Source: Promethearchaeota archaeon (GTDB lineage Archaea; Asgardarchaeota; Thorarchaeia; Thorarchaeales; Thorarchaeaceae). Taken from it: a stretch of DNA of 64,000 bases. The notes under the pieces are model-generated. The model was not told the origin of the DNA, made no database searches, and saw only the letters and a list, made by a program, of their open reading frames with translations. Shown piece by piece: positions 19,684 through 31,400 of this stretch. The stretch spans positions 1-64,000 of the forward strand of contig JBHLPF010000010.1 in NCBI GenBank assembly GCA_048939765.1, given 5' to 3'. The translations under genes and the position numbers were made by a program. Position 1 is the stretch's first letter, and the number at the start of each line of letters is the position of its first letter.

Positions 19684-20589
19684 GTGTCAAAGCCCAAGAA
19701 GGCATCTTCTGTCAAGGTTCGTTCAATTCTTAGTAAATATGGCATTGTCCCGGACAGAGAGCACGGTCAGAATTTCATCACAGATCGAAACCTGATTGAC
19801 AGGGAGGTTTCTCTTGCTGAGGTCCGGAAGAAGGACATAGTACTCGAGATTGGACCAGGCATAGGCATTTTGACCGAAGCACTTGCGCGAAAGGCAAAAC
19901 GAGTAATAGCTGTTGAGATAGACGCCCAATTTCGCGATATTCTTGCGGACCTGCAGAAGCGTTCTCCAAATCTAGAAGTTGTATTCGATGACGCATTGAC
20001 TGTTGATTTCCCATTCTTCAACAAAGTTGTGTCAAACTTGCCCTTCAGGGTCGCCCTTCCAATCCTATTCAAGCTCATGGATTATGACTTCGAACTTGCC
20101 ATTCTCATTTGCCAGGAGCGATTAGCTAGGCGAATCTCAGCAAAACCCCGCGATTCCGGATATAGCCGTATCAGTGTACAAGCCGCAAGAAGAACAGAAA
20201 CGAGGCTTCTGCATACTATTTCAAAAGCCAAATTCTATCCATCGCCCAATGTAGACGCCGCCCTTCTCCAGCTCAAAAGAGTAGCACCAAAATTCGAAGT
20301 TCCATCAGAGCAGTTTTTCAAAGAAGTGCTGAAGTATTTCTTTGCTTTCAGAGAAAGATCAGTCACCAAGGCGCTGAATACACTAAAGGCATTCGCAATA
20401 TCGAAGAGTGAGATGATGCGGGCTAGACGCTTGATTGGAGAACGCATAGCGAGAAAAGAAGTCTTTGCAGTGACTCCTCATGAGTTTGGCAGAATCACAC
20501 GTATTATCTGGGACGAATTTGGCGACATAACTCGAAGGTTCTATACGTACTATGATAAGATGAACCTCTATCAGCGCGATGCCGAGTAG
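19684..20589 (+). CDS. rsmA: 16S rRNA m6,2A dimethyltransferase (KsgA/Dim1)
   Basis: GQNF, LEIGPGIG, VEID, SNLPF and FYPSPNVD motifs. GTG start follows AGGTGA. Confidence 0.92.
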   Translation: MSKPKKASSVKVRSILSKYGIVPDREHGQNFITDRNLIDREVSLAEVRKKDIVLEIGPGIGILTEALARKAKRVIAVEIDAQFRDILADLQKRSPNLEVVFDDALTVDFPFFNKVVSNLPFRVALPILFKLMDYDFELAILICQERLARRISAKPRDSGYSRISVQAARRTETRLLHTISKAKFYPSPNVDAALLQLKRVAPKFEVPSEQFFKEVLKYFFAFRERSVTKALNTLKAFAISKSEMMRARRLIGERIARKEVFAVTPHEFGRITRIIWDEFGDITRRFYTYYDKMNLYQRDAE

Positions 20590-20690
20590 CCAAGAAAGAG
20601 GCGAATCTTGCACCACTTTACCCCAACAAGATACAACGTTTATTCATAACAATAGGAGCACAAATTCTCTGGCAGAGGTGAGGATGTGCA

Positions 20691-23012
20691 ATGAAGCACA
20701 TCAATCGAAGAATAATTCTAGGGGTGACAATTGCGCTTGCATTTCTGATGGGATCCCAAATCACTCCCGTCGCCGCACTGCAGACGCAGATTGTCATCGA
20801 GAAATACAATCAGGCGTTCCAGTATGGAGCGAATAATCATACCTATCTGTATCTTGAGCCAAACCCGCTAGACCGTGTATCTCGTGCCACTATTCATTTG
20901 AATGAGGATCTTGACTACTATAGATACTCATACGATAATACTGGCTGGGCGCGTACTCAGTCTTCGGGTTCTGAACCAGCCAATTCTCCATTTTATTGGA
21001 TGAATTACCAAGGCTTCGCAACAGGTACGTACGGAAATCCTACCCGGCTCCCGAACTTCTACGACTTCACAGCTTCTGACGGTAGCGGAGTAGTTGTTAA
21101 TACTACGCTGGAAACAAGGACATTCTCATTGGCCTTTGGTCAGCATACTCCAGTCATGATCGAACGGGATTCTGTTTACTTCGGAACACTTCCAGTCACT
21201 GGACAAGAGTTTGTGCATCTGACAATAGACTGTAGACAAGATGACGTGTCATGGAGTGTCAGTGTTGTGGATCCAGAAGGTCGATTCATGGCCTCAACAA
21301 GCGGATCCAACGGTGATATAGTGTTGATTCCATTCAATCCCTCAGTTGATGGAACATATCTCGTAATTCTACAGGCAACTCCTGGATCGACCCTCAATAC
21401 ACTTTTCGACATTTTTCCAGCAGCAGTGTCGCCTCAGAGGATTGGGATAGACGAGGTTGTCACAGGGGTATTGCCCACTGGTGAAATAGTCCTAAATGAT
21501 GAAACTGGCAGTCTCGTCCATAAAGAACTGGCTCCCACAGCTCACACCTACAAGTTTTGGTCGCCAGATAGTCTTGCATCCATCAGCTATTCTTACAACT
21601 ATCCTGAGATGTTCGTGGGCATAACTCAGCCGCCTGCCATATTCTTTACTAGTGATTCTTTCGAGTACGGATATGATGGCGGTTCGCGATATGTCGATGC
21701 TATTGGCTCCCCTACGTCTGGTGATTACAACTACATCGGTGACACGCATTACGTCACCGTCATGGGGGGTGACAACATAGAATACACATTGTATCATCGA
21801 GCAATTGATGAAAGCCCACTTCCTGTGAACCAGGAGTTCCAGATCGAGAACTACTTCAGCACGACAGATACCAGGGCTTATCGATTGACCCTTGAGGAGG
21901 ACTCGATTCTAAGGGTGAACTCTACTGCTGGCGGCGGTGATTTCACCATTAGAACTGTGGCGGAGTATGAGGATGGATATCGTGTCGAACGGTCCATCAC
22001 CGATGCAGCCACTCTTGCTGGTGCCACAGACTACTACATGCCTGCAGGCGACTATATGGTCGAAATTGGCGTTGCCAGTGGCGTGAATGAGTGGATTGAA
22101 TTCAACTTGGGCCCCATAACGACTGAAGCAGAAGCAGATATAGTCTGCATGGGTGGATTCTACGTCCCAACAAGTGTCTTCCAGTTGTATAATCTATCAT
22201 TATATCTGGAGAACCATGACAATGTCACCGTGTCACTTGACATAACAGTGAGAGACTTGTCTGACGTATCCCTGGCCGACTTCAACGTCGACCTGGCAAA
22301 CTGGTGGGATGGGTCATCTCTGATGACAAATCCTTCAGATCCGAACAATGTAACCTACATGCTGGGATCTAGAATCTGGCATGATGACTTAGCTTTTGTG
22401 GGAATCTGTGCGTACGATATGGCAAACAACACCGTAGGAGCGACAAACCATTACCAAGACTACCCTGTGAATCTCACAATTGAATGGGTGAATAGGCTAA
22501 GCGAGTTCTATAGTGACACCACAGCTTTGGAGGTAGCTTCCTCGGTGGACTCACATAACTTCACATTGTCACTACCAGGGAATTCCGTGGAGTACTACGG
22601 TGTGGACCTAAACACCACTAGGGGAACATGGTACAATGTGTCAATCCGTACTGGAGATGTCAACACATTCCAAGCAGTTCTCTTCAGCGAAGTGGACGGA
22701 CGGTCTCATGACACTGCCTGGAGTGACTTGAATGATGCTCTGACTGGGAGTCTACCAGACATATCATTCCAGTTCGGAGCAATATCCGAAGTATCACATC
22801 TGCAGATCTATACCGCGAGGAATTTGGCTACGGACGGATTTCTATGGATACAAATCACTCCAATGGTGACACATATGCTGGAACTTCCTCAGATATCACC
22901 AGTTGGACCTGACATTCTAGCGATTCTAGGCACTATCGCCCTGCCAGTTGGATTGGGTGTTGCTGTCATAGTCGTGGTCTACGTTATCTATGTCAAGAAG
23001 TTCAAAGACTGA
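20691..23012 (+). CDS. Secreted beta-rich surface protein with C-terminal TM anchor
   Basis: Signal peptide, PPC-like beta-sandwich segments, many N-x-S/T sequons, C-terminal TM followed by KKFKD. GAGGTGA SD-like sequence upstream. Confidence 0.8.
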   Translation: MKHINRRIILGVTIALAFLMGSQITPVAALQTQIVIEKYNQAFQYGANNHTYLYLEPNPLDRVSRATIHLNEDLDYYRYSYDNTGWARTQSSGSEPANSPFYWMNYQGFATGTYGNPTRLPNFYDFTASDGSGVVVNTTLETRTFSLAFGQHTPVMIERDSVYFGTLPVTGQEFVHLTIDCRQDDVSWSVSVVDPEGRFMASTSGSNGDIVLIPFNPSVDGTYLVILQATPGSTLNTLFDIFPAAVSPQRIGIDEVVTGVLPTGEIVLNDETGSLVHKELAPTAHTYKFWSPDSLASISYSYNYPEMFVGITQPPAIFFTSDSFEYGYDGGSRYVDAIGSPTSGDYNYIGDTHYVTVMGGDNIEYTLYHRAIDESPLPVNQEFQIENYFSTTDTRAYRLTLEEDSILRVNSTAGGGDFTIRTVAEYEDGYRVERSITDAATLAGATDYYMPAGDYMVEIGVASGVNEWIEFNLGPITTEAEADIVCMGGFYVPTSVFQLYNLSLYLENHDNVTVSLDITVRDLSDVSLADFNVDLANWWDGSSLMTNPSDPNNVTYMLGSRIWHDDLAFVGICAYDMANNTVGATNHYQDYPVNLTIEWVNRLSEFYSDTTALEVASSVDSHNFTLSLPGNSVEYYGVDLNTTRGTWYNVSIRTGDVNTFQAVLFSEVDGRSHDTAWSDLNDALTGSLPDISFQFGAISEVSHLQIYTARNLATDGFLWIQITPMVTHMLELPQISPVGPDILAILGTIALPVGLGVAVIVVVYVIYVKKFKD

Positions 23013-23103
23013 CATGATATAGGATGCTGCAAATCTGGCTAGGATGTGACATGGCAAGGAAATCAACCTCCTTGCCATCCTTCTCTTTTTTCTGGGATTC
23101 TCT

Positions 23104-23991
23104 TCAGAATTGCGAGAGCGCCCCTTTTCTTCTGACATATCTCTCTGTGTATCTGAACATGAGGACGCCCAGTACAAGGAACACTACATCCAACACGACA
23201 AGTGCAATGATTGCATTCACCACTAAAGAGCCGCCGAGGCTGCCCAAGAGGAATCCCCGAAAGCCCTCTACGCTCCATGTCAATGGAGATGCCACTGCTA
23301 TATACTGGAGGACGGGTGGCAAAACCGCAATGGGGTAGGACATCGGAGCCACCAAGAACAATACACTTGACAGTAACTCGACTACCATCCATGCCTGTTT
23401 GGCTAATAGGATAATGCAGACAACAGTGAAGACGAGTCCCTGCATCGCTATGATGGACAAAGCCACTACTCCCAGAGCTGGGAGCACTCCCCAGATATCG
23501 AGCTGCACTCCAAATATGAGGACAGAGCCTACTAGCTGGAGAATCACTCCAAGACCTCCATGTTGTAGATTATGGAGTGAAGACCCCCAGACAAGAGTTC
23601 CTTTACCCATCGGCGTTGACATCAGGGTTTCTAGAGTGCCCACATTCTGTTCTCGGCGGAGAGCGAATCCTGTACCCCACATCAAACTGATAGCTAGGCC
23701 GGCGTATGCATTGCCTATTGCGACGTAGCTCAACCAGTCACCTGTGCCAACCATCCCCTCGAGGAATGTAGACTCGGATCCTCCACTTACGGCAACTCCC
23801 GTAAGAAGAAGAGGAATAAACCAAAGAAAGGGCATTACGATAAACCAAAGCACGCTGAGTGGATAGCTGAATTCAACCTTCCACTGCTTGATGGCTAACG
23901 CGTTGGCTGCCCTTAGCTCCGCTCTCAAGCCTTCCCTTTTCCACATCTTTTCGAAGATGGTTGATCTCTTGACCTCTGTCGTTTCAGTCAT
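23104..23991 (-). CDS. ABC-2 type exporter permease
   Basis: REQNVGTLE and YPIAVLP...SPLTW motifs, 6 TM. Confidence 0.92.
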   Translation of the reverse strand: MTETTEVKRSTIFEKMWKREGLRAELRAANALAIKQWKVEFSYPLSVLWFIVMPFLWFIPLLLTGVAVSGGSESTFLEGMVGTGDWLSYVAIGNAYAGLAISLMWGTGFALRREQNVGTLETLMSTPMGKGTLVWGSSLHNLQHGGLGVILQLVGSVLIFGVQLDIWGVLPALGVVALSIIAMQGLVFTVVCIILLAKQAWMVVELLSSVLFLVAPMSYPIAVLPPVLQYIAVASPLTWSVEGFRGFLLGSLGGSLVVNAIIALVVLDVVFLVLGVLMFRYTERYVRRKGALSQF

Positions 23992-23992
23992 C

Positions 23993-24898
23993 TCAGAACC
24001 CTCCCATATGTCCTCGTTGCCTCGACCACCTCTCGGCGTACGTAAATGACCCTATTCCTAGAATCCAGAAGAAGAGTCCGATGAGTCCCAGCCCAGCTAA
24101 TGTCGACAAGAACCCTGCCAGGTTCATGACTCCAGTTATCGCTAATTCCCGGATAGTCACTATCGCGAGGGTTGTCGGGACCAAATATGCCGCAAACCTC
24201 ACTGGCCCTGGGAGAGAAGCTAGGGGATATTGAACGGGTGAAATCATCCAAGTGACTTCAGAAACCAACTCCGTCAAAACGCTTGGATCCTTGAATACAA
24301 TGATCAACCCTGCAACCATGAAGGCGAATCCATACAATGCAATTATCATAACAAGCAGAATCACCACGATTGGCAATATTTGTGTCAATGCATAGAGAGG
24401 CCCGAACACTAGGCTGGAGAGCCCGACCAGGACAATCGTCTGGAAAACACCCTGGAGACTGTCTGAGAATGCCGCTCCCAATAATAGGCTGACCCTTGGC
24501 ACCGGTGCCATGAACAATGGCTCAAGAGTTCCACTAAACTGCTCCCATCTGAAGTTGTTGCCAATGCCCCATATGCTGTTGTCTAGAAACATAATCACAA
24601 ACCATCCGATGACACAGAATGTGATGTAGTCATCAAAGCCAGACAGCTCGGTGAAGTGTGCGCTCGCCTCTGGCCCTGCAATAGCGGTTGCCATGAGAAT
24701 GAACGGCGCAAACCACAGGATTGGCAGAATTCCCCAAATCAGAAGGTTTGCGGGATATCTAAGGGCCAGTCTGAGGTTCTTCTTCGCAATGATGATTGCA
24801 GCTTTCCAGTCAAAGAAGAGTGGCTTGAACTCGACTAAATACTCAGAGCCATTGAGGAATGCGTGCTCATCTCTTGAGTCAAGTGGGGTCTCTGTCAA
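23993..24898 (-). CDS. ABC-2 type exporter permease
   Basis: WEQFSGTLE and YPLASLP motifs. Paralogous to the adjacent permease. Confidence 0.92.
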   Translation of the reverse strand: MTETPLDSRDEHAFLNGSEYLVEFKPLFFDWKAAIIIAKKNLRLALRYPANLLIWGILPILWFAPFILMATAIAGPEASAHFTELSGFDDYITFCVIGWFVIMFLDNSIWGIGNNFRWEQFSGTLEPLFMAPVPRVSLLLGAAFSDSLQGVFQTIVLVGLSSLVFGPLYALTQILPIVVILLVMIIALYGFAFMVAGLIIVFKDPSVLTELVSEVTWMISPVQYPLASLPGPVRFAAYLVPTTLAIVTIRELAITGVMNLAGFLSTLAGLGLIGLFFWILGIGSFTYAERWSRQRGHMGGF

Positions 24899-25887
24899 TC
24901 CTCAATCCTCCTCCCAGTCAGTTGTAGGAACACATCATCAAGGGTTGGCTCCTTGACCTCGAAGTGTTCGACTTTGACACCAGCTGTGTCATGGACCAGA
25001 TTCAGCAGCCTATGGGCTAGCTCGTATCCATCCCTAGCGGTGACAACAAGGTCTGAATGGCCATTCCTCTCTGTGATCGAAGCTGTCATCACCATATCCA
25101 TGTTCTTGATAGTTTCCAGGTCTGGCGTGCCAACAAGCCTCATGTGAAGACTGTCATAGTCGCGTACCTCTTCCTTCAAGTCATGAGGTGTTCCAAAGCT
25201 CTTAATCTCTCCCTCGTTTATGAGAGCAATCTTGTCACAGAGTAGATCTGCTTCATGCATGTAGTGTGTCGTGAGCAGTATCGTCTTGTCACGCAGCTCA
25301 TGCCTGATGTGGTTTCTGAGGTCCGATGCGAAAGTTGGATCCAACCCTTGGGTTGGCTCGTCGAACAAGAGAATCGGAGGATCATGGAGTAGAGAGCGTG
25401 CGAATACTATCTTCATGCGCATGCCATGCGATAGATTCTCTGTTTTCTCATCAGCTTTCTCCATCAGGCCCATTCGCCCGAGTAGCTCATCTGCCCTCTC
25501 CTTAGCCTCATTGTGCGGCATTCGGTAGAGCTTGCTGAAGAAGATAAGGTTCTCTCTCGCGGTGAGCTTCCAATAGATGGATCGCTCATTGCCCTGACAT
25601 ACTCCCATGCAGGCTCTCACATGAGTAGGGTCCTTGAGAATATCATAGCCCATAACCTTAGCTGTGCCCGAGGTAGGTATCACCAGAGTCGCTAGACATT
25701 TGATGAGCGTGGTCTTCCCGGCTCCATTCGGTCCCAAGAGGCCATAGACCTGCCCATGCGGAATATCCAGTGACACTGATTTTAGAGCCTCTACTCTTTT
25801 CCTCTCAACGGGAACCACGATTGCTCTTCTTCTAACACTGATGAAAGTCTTAGACAGGTCTTCTATTTCTATTGTAGTTTGTTTCAA
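24895..25887 (-). CDS. ABC exporter ATP-binding protein (DrrA-like)
   Basis: GPNGAGKTT, LSHG, FDEPT, TTHYM and EPTLDDVFL motifs. Confidence 0.95.
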   Translation of the reverse strand: MKQTTIEIEDLSKTFISVRRRAIVVPVERKRVEALKSVSLDIPHGQVYGLLGPNGAGKTTLIKCLATLVIPTSGTAKVMGYDILKDPTHVRACMGVCQGNERSIYWKLTARENLIFFSKLYRMPHNEAKERADELLGRMGLMEKADEKTENLSHGMRMKIVFARSLLHDPPILLFDEPTQGLDPTFASDLRNHIRHELRDKTILLTTHYMHEADLLCDKIALINEGEIKSFGTPHDLKEEVRDYDSLHMRLVGTPDLETIKNMDMVMTASITERNGHSDLVVTARDGYELAHRLLNLVHDTAGVKVEHFEVKEPTLDDVFLQLTGRRIED

Positions 25888-26206
25888 CGTTTAGTACCTC
25901 CCCAGAATCGTAGGGGATTGATATAATGTTCGAGTGTCACATGCATCCTGCCGCTCAACAACACGGCATAATGCGAAAGAAGTCGTGTGTTGTGCGGATT
26001 TCATCTTTTGAGATATTCCGTCTTCATCCGAACACCTATTCAGGGAGCCCTGTGTTTTGCATATGAATTTTTCCGCCGGCGTAGCGTAGCTGTCAATCAA
26101 GATTCGTCCTCAATCAATTGCGTGAGAAGCACTAGCGACTTAGGCCGCCTATTGAAACCGCTGCTCGGAAGATACGAGTGATGGTAAGTCACTCATCTAG
26201 GTTCTA

Positions 26207-27865
26207 TTACCGAAACAACGATTCAAATGTAGTCAAAATTCGAGGTTTCCCCTTAGTGAGAACTTGCATCACTGCATTGCTAAGAGTAGAGTTGGTCATA
26301 AGATGTTTGCAGCTGGCGATCTTTCTCGCCGATTGAATTGACCCTTCTGCCACTAGAATTGATTGAGCCAATGCATCAATAACACGGGCTCGCTCCAATT
26401 CACGTACCTTTCTAAGAGCCCTCGTAGCAGTCCATCTCGCTCTATATGAATAGTAATAATGGGATTGATGGCTACGAGTAGTTTCTTGAGAATAAGCATC
26501 CCTGTAGATTCGGATTATGGCGTCAACTACTCTAATATCGCTCAGGACTTCTGGTAGCTCTCGCAATACTTCAGCAAGATCTTTCATATGGGAACGCTTA
26601 GTAATGACCTTCGCAATCGCTTCAATCTCTGCATTTCCCCATTGAAAGTTTGGCAGGGCTTGAGCAATCTCAATGGCTCTTACCGGAATGCCAGAGCTTC
26701 CAATGGCTCCAGAGATCAAGTCCTTGTTTGTCTTTAAGGCCTCGACACCTTCTTTTCCAATGCTCAGAAGAGAATACATGGCATGAACTCTCTTTCTCCC
26801 CCTCTTATTTCTGAGAATCTTGAGTAGAATTGGCACTGCATCAATGTGCCTGCTTTCGCCAAGTGCCTTTATACCTGGATTTTCCAAATCTCGCCCCGAG
26901 TCCATGGCACTCTTAATATGGCTCAGTATTGAAGGATCTCTGATTCCTCCCAAAGCAATAATTGCATGTTTTCTAGTATATCGTCCATCAAGCAGCTTCT
27001 TTACGAACTCCAATGAGATAGGGTCGCCAATCTTCCCAACTGCTTCAATAAGTGAAGGCATCACCCATCCGCGGTTTGACTCCAGTCTAGAGTGCAACAG
27101 AGGAAGCGCCCTTTCATCCCCTATATTTCCGAGCTCTCGAACCGCAGTTGACCTCCTATCATAACCCGAAGCCGCCACCCTGAGAAGTCCCCAAAGCAAT
27201 TTCCTCGTGTAATCAGAACAATTACTGAAAGCATCCTTGGATTTCTTGATTAGCCTCGCTGGTATTTTGACCTGATCACCAAATTGCTGAGATAAGCATT
27301 CAACTCCTTCAATGGCTTCCTTGGAAGCGCCAGCAAAGCCATTGCCTACAGATCCAGTTGTGATGACGACAAATCCATAATAGGTTGAGAAGACTTCCCA
27401 TAGGTTTGGCTTGGATGCAAGGTCAGAGATCTCTGCGCTCCTTGATTCAAGTAGGTCTGCCACAAGGACTGCATACGGCGAGGTCGCCATTATATCAGTG
27501 TCAAGAAAGAACGTGTTTCTTCGTTCTATCTGATTTCGAAGAATGTCATGTGATGGCCCCAAAATCTTTCTGCGCAGTTCTGCTAGATTACTGGCGCTGA
27601 TATCACAGAATCCACCTATAAGGTCGGTGTCTATTCCACTAATGGACTCTAATCCTAACAGCCTAACCATGGCATCTCGGAATGTTCCACTTCGCATGGG
27701 AAAGAGCGAATTTCCGGGAACAGTCTTATAATTCCTGAGGCGGACAAGATGTTTCGCAGTTTTTGTCCAGCCGATCTCTTGAATCTTCGCATCAACAAGA
27801 CTCTCAACTTTCCCATAATCCCGCATCATGATTGAACGAGCGAGTTCACCTCTAGAAACTCCCAT
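26207..27865 (-). CDS. HEAT/PBS-lyase repeat protein
   Basis: Repeats AVRELGNIGDERALPLL, IEAVGKIGDPISL, AIIALGGIRDP and ALGESRHIDAVPIL. ATG 27865 follows GAGGGTGA. Confidence 0.85.
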   Translation of the reverse strand: MGVSRGELARSIMMRDYGKVESLVDAKIQEIGWTKTAKHLVRLRNYKTVPGNSLFPMRSGTFRDAMVRLLGLESISGIDTDLIGGFCDISASNLAELRRKILGPSHDILRNQIERRNTFFLDTDIMATSPYAVLVADLLESRSAEISDLASKPNLWEVFSTYYGFVVITTGSVGNGFAGASKEAIEGVECLSQQFGDQVKIPARLIKKSKDAFSNCSDYTRKLLWGLLRVAASGYDRRSTAVRELGNIGDERALPLLHSRLESNRGWVMPSLIEAVGKIGDPISLEFVKKLLDGRYTRKHAIIALGGIRDPSILSHIKSAMDSGRDLENPGIKALGESRHIDAVPILLKILRNKRGRKRVHAMYSLLSIGKEGVEALKTNKDLISGAIGSSGIPVRAIEIAQALPNFQWGNAEIEAIAKVITKRSHMKDLAEVLRELPEVLSDIRVVDAIIRIYRDAYSQETTRSHQSHYYYSYRARWTATRALRKVRELERARVIDALAQSILVAEGSIQSARKIASCKHLMTNSTLSNAVMQVLTKGKPRILTTFESLFR

Positions 27866-27954
27866 ATTCACCCTCAATACTAATCCGTTATCACTAGTTA
27901 AAAGGTGCACACATATAGGTGGAGTTATCTCTGGGGCAAATCATCTGATTGCCA

Positions 27955-28479
27955 ATGAAACGCGTCTTAGTGCTTGGACCATCCGGGTCCGGAAAGTCCA
28001 CCTTCGCAGAGAATCTTGCCAGAGTGTTGGGTGTTCCTTGTATCCATTTGGATTCACATTATTGGAAGCCAAACTGGGTGGAAGCACCCGAGGAAGAATG
28101 GTTTGAAGTTGTGAGTGAGCTAATCTTGCAGGATGAATGGGTCATGGATGGTAACTATTCATCTACACTTGAGATGAGAATCAAGCGAGCTGATACAGCA
28201 ATATTCCTTGATGTCCCGAGGAGGGTATCATTTTGGCGTGTGTTCAAGAGGAGGCTGTTGCATAGAGGACAGGTACGTCCAGAGCTTGCTCCAGGTTGCT
28301 ATGAGAAGATAGACCTTGACTTCATCAAGTGGATATGGAACTATCCGACGAGAAGTCGCCCGGTAATAGACAAGATTCTTTCTCAGAACTCTGGAAGCAA
28401 AACAATCATAGTTCTGAAAAACTCAAGAGAAGCTACCGAATTCCTATCTAAGATGAGAATTGAATCCTCAGCCAACTGA
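27955..28479 (+). CDS. P-loop kinase, FlaR/topology modulation protein-like
   Basis: GPSGSGKST, HLDSHYW, WVMDGNY and FIKWIW motifs. Confidence 0.88.
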   Translation: MKRVLVLGPSGSGKSTFAENLARVLGVPCIHLDSHYWKPNWVEAPEEEWFEVVSELILQDEWVMDGNYSSTLEMRIKRADTAIFLDVPRRVSFWRVFKRRLLHRGQVRPELAPGCYEKIDLDFIKWIWNYPTRSRPVIDKILSQNSGSKTIIVLKNSREATEFLSKMRIESSAN

Positions 28480-31400
28480 TACCCATTCGAGGCCGGTTGT
28501 TATGCCAAACGCCGCAATAGATGCTACAAGTGCAATTAGAACAATCAATCGCAGATAGACTAGTCTTGGGTTCATTGCTTCTCTCTCCTTGATGTAACGA
28601 CTCACAAAGAGAAGAAACGCAGCTGTGGCTAGTAGTAGACTCTGATATACGGGTCCCAGAACGAATGTGTACGCAAATCCTGTCAGTGCAAAGAAGAGCG
28701 GCGATAGAAACAGTTGTCTTGCACTTCTTGCTGTCACCGGATAGAAGATTATTGAAGCCACAAATACTCCTAGATAAATCCCCGCAACTTGGTCAAATGG
28801 CGGTATTATCAGAATGTACGAGCTGAGGTATGCAATGACCCCTGTCATGATGGCCAATAGACTCCACAGCAATTCTCTCTGAGTCTTCGGAACCCAATTC
28901 ACTGTTGTTGAGAGTAAGTAAAGCATGAATGTCGGAGTGAATGATAATAGCATCGCAAGTAAGAGTGAATCCAGCGTGCTTGAACTTGGTAGCATGTAGT
29001 AGAACAGTGATGCGGAAATGCTTGGTGGGATTGGCAGCCAGAGCAAGGCTATGCGTCTTGGATCAAGCTGTAGCTCTCCTTTGAGCATTAAACCGGTCCC
29101 ACATACTGCGATTATCGCTGAGAAAAAGGATAGAACTTGATACCCGTGATCAAAGAGAAACACAATTGCAGTGATTCCTCCACCAAATGCGGCATAGAGT
29201 CCGCTAAAAAGACCAAAGCGCGTTCTGACCCGCCGTCGTACGATTGCGATGAAAAGCATCATGAGCCCGATGATTGCGGTCGGTATCGAGAAGCCTGGAA
29301 TTTCATAGAACAGCCCTGTTGGCGGCATATTCAGAAGCTCACTGAAGAGTGGTCTACTTAATACTCCAATTACAGCGACAAACAGCAAAGCAAAGAAAGC
29401 CCACGCGACATACCCGAAGCTTCTGAAGATTCTTAGCAAGAAGCTTCCAAGATTCCTGATGGCCTTGACAAGGATTGCCCCATAGCGACCAAGAATAGCC
29501 AAGAAGGCTCTTACCTGCGTCCAGAATACAGGTGCTTCTACTACAAGGAGAATAAGAGTCGCATATACTAGGGCATGTATCGGCTGCAAGCCGCCGATGG
29601 AAGTGAATCCTGTCAAAGCTGCCACGAATAGGGATATCCCCAGAATCCCGGCATTCCTTCTCATCCATACCTTCTGTGAAAACGAACTGACTTGCGCAAG
29701 AGTCGCAACCAAAGCAAGAGATGTAGCTAATGACAAGCTGAATAATAGCTCAAGAAGATCGTAGGATTCTGCCGTCATGGACATGAGAAGTATGAGGTTG
29801 TTAACGCCAAATCCGATCAGGATTGCAGAAGGCGACTGAAGCTCTTCTCCGATAGGCGGCTCCAACGCAGCTGCTTCAAACCAATAGAGTAAGCCTACCA
29901 GCACCAGACCAACGGTAATCGAGAAAGCTAGATTTCTGTAGGGCAGCCCAAGAATGGCTGAAGTATCCAAGGGATCATAGACCCACAAGGATACTAGACC
30001 CGCTATCAAGACGGGTAGAATTGTGGCGAACTTGGCTCTGTTGCTCCTGTAGATTTCTTCGGCCCAGGACAGGAATCGAGAAAATGCAGCAGCTAGTTGT
30101 TTGCCCTTAGTAGCTAGCCATCCGAGGAAGGTGATTGTCGCTGCAAGAGTCAATGGCAAGCTTAGTATATACCATACGAGGAGAAAGAGCGCAATCAACT
30201 CCGCAGTCCCAAGGATTGGCTCAGCCCAAATCCAGACTCCTCCAGCGACGGCTGAGGCTAAAATGATGATATCACCCATGAATAGCGTTCTTGGCCTCGC
30301 AGGTGTAATGAGATAGAGAATGAGCAGAGCCAGGGCAAGTCCGAGTCCTGCTACTGTAAGTATGAAACGTATTTCTCCGAGAAGATTTGCACCCATTTGT
30401 GCACCGAGCGCAGCCCATCCAGCAATGCTTGGACTCCAGCTATATCGGGCAGTAAGATGGTCTTCATTGATCTTCAATTTACCCTCAATTAGAAGATAGG
30501 CTGGCGTGGATAGTACGGAGAACAATGATAGAATGATGCCTGCGGCAAGATATGGCTCTGCAGGAGGAGCTAGTCCATACAAGTCCCAACCGGATATGAA
30601 GGAGCCTAAAGATATTGATATTGAAACACTAACAACACTCCAAAGAATTCGAAAAACATCCCATGGTATCGCACCTCTCAAAGGCAGTAGAATCACGGGA
30701 GTCAGAAGTAAGCCTACTCCTGCGAGAATGACATTTGTGTCAAAGAGGAATACTAGCAAGGAATGCCAGACCCATATGACTTCGAGCATAGCGATTAATG
30801 TAGCAACCGCAATGTTAGTGACTCCCGCATTGTCCTCATGTCCTTTGGGATCGGTTAGTCTAAGAGAACTCAATAGAAAAACAGCCGTTGTAACACAAAG
30901 CCACAGCGATTCCATTGAACGGTAATATGTGTACCAGCTGAATGAAACCATCGCGGTTGTAACGAGGCAAGATACCATCCAGCTGGCGCGTTTGAATGTT
31001 TCTCCTTTGGAAAGAACTGCTGTGAATGCAAGAAGCGGGATTCCTGCTATATATGCAGAATATAACCCGTCTACTAGCATGATTTCCCAAAGGTATGAGA
31101 ATATCAGGAAGCAGAGATTGAAGACTGCAACGGACTGAAGCCCCACGAGTATTTCCGCAGAAATGAAGTTCCTCATTGAAAGAGCGAGAATTATTGTTGC
31201 AGATAGACTCGATAGACCCAACTCCATCAGAGGCTCTCTAAGCGGGCTCGGTGTGGGAATCCATGAAATAACCAGTAGATACACTGAAGCACCAACCAAA
31301 GCGGCGCGAGTTATACCCAAGAATATTCCAGTCTTTTCGCCGATACTCAGATGTGGGGTGAAGCGAAGGATTTCAAGGGCCACCAACGCCGCAAGCACGA

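Noticed and set aside
18883-20589. The fdhD TAG is followed immediately by the in-frame rsmA ORF, suggesting an amber-readthrough fusion
   Set aside because: Both proteins are complete and functionally unrelated, and rsmA has its own AGGTGA SD and GTG start. Tight gene packing explains it.
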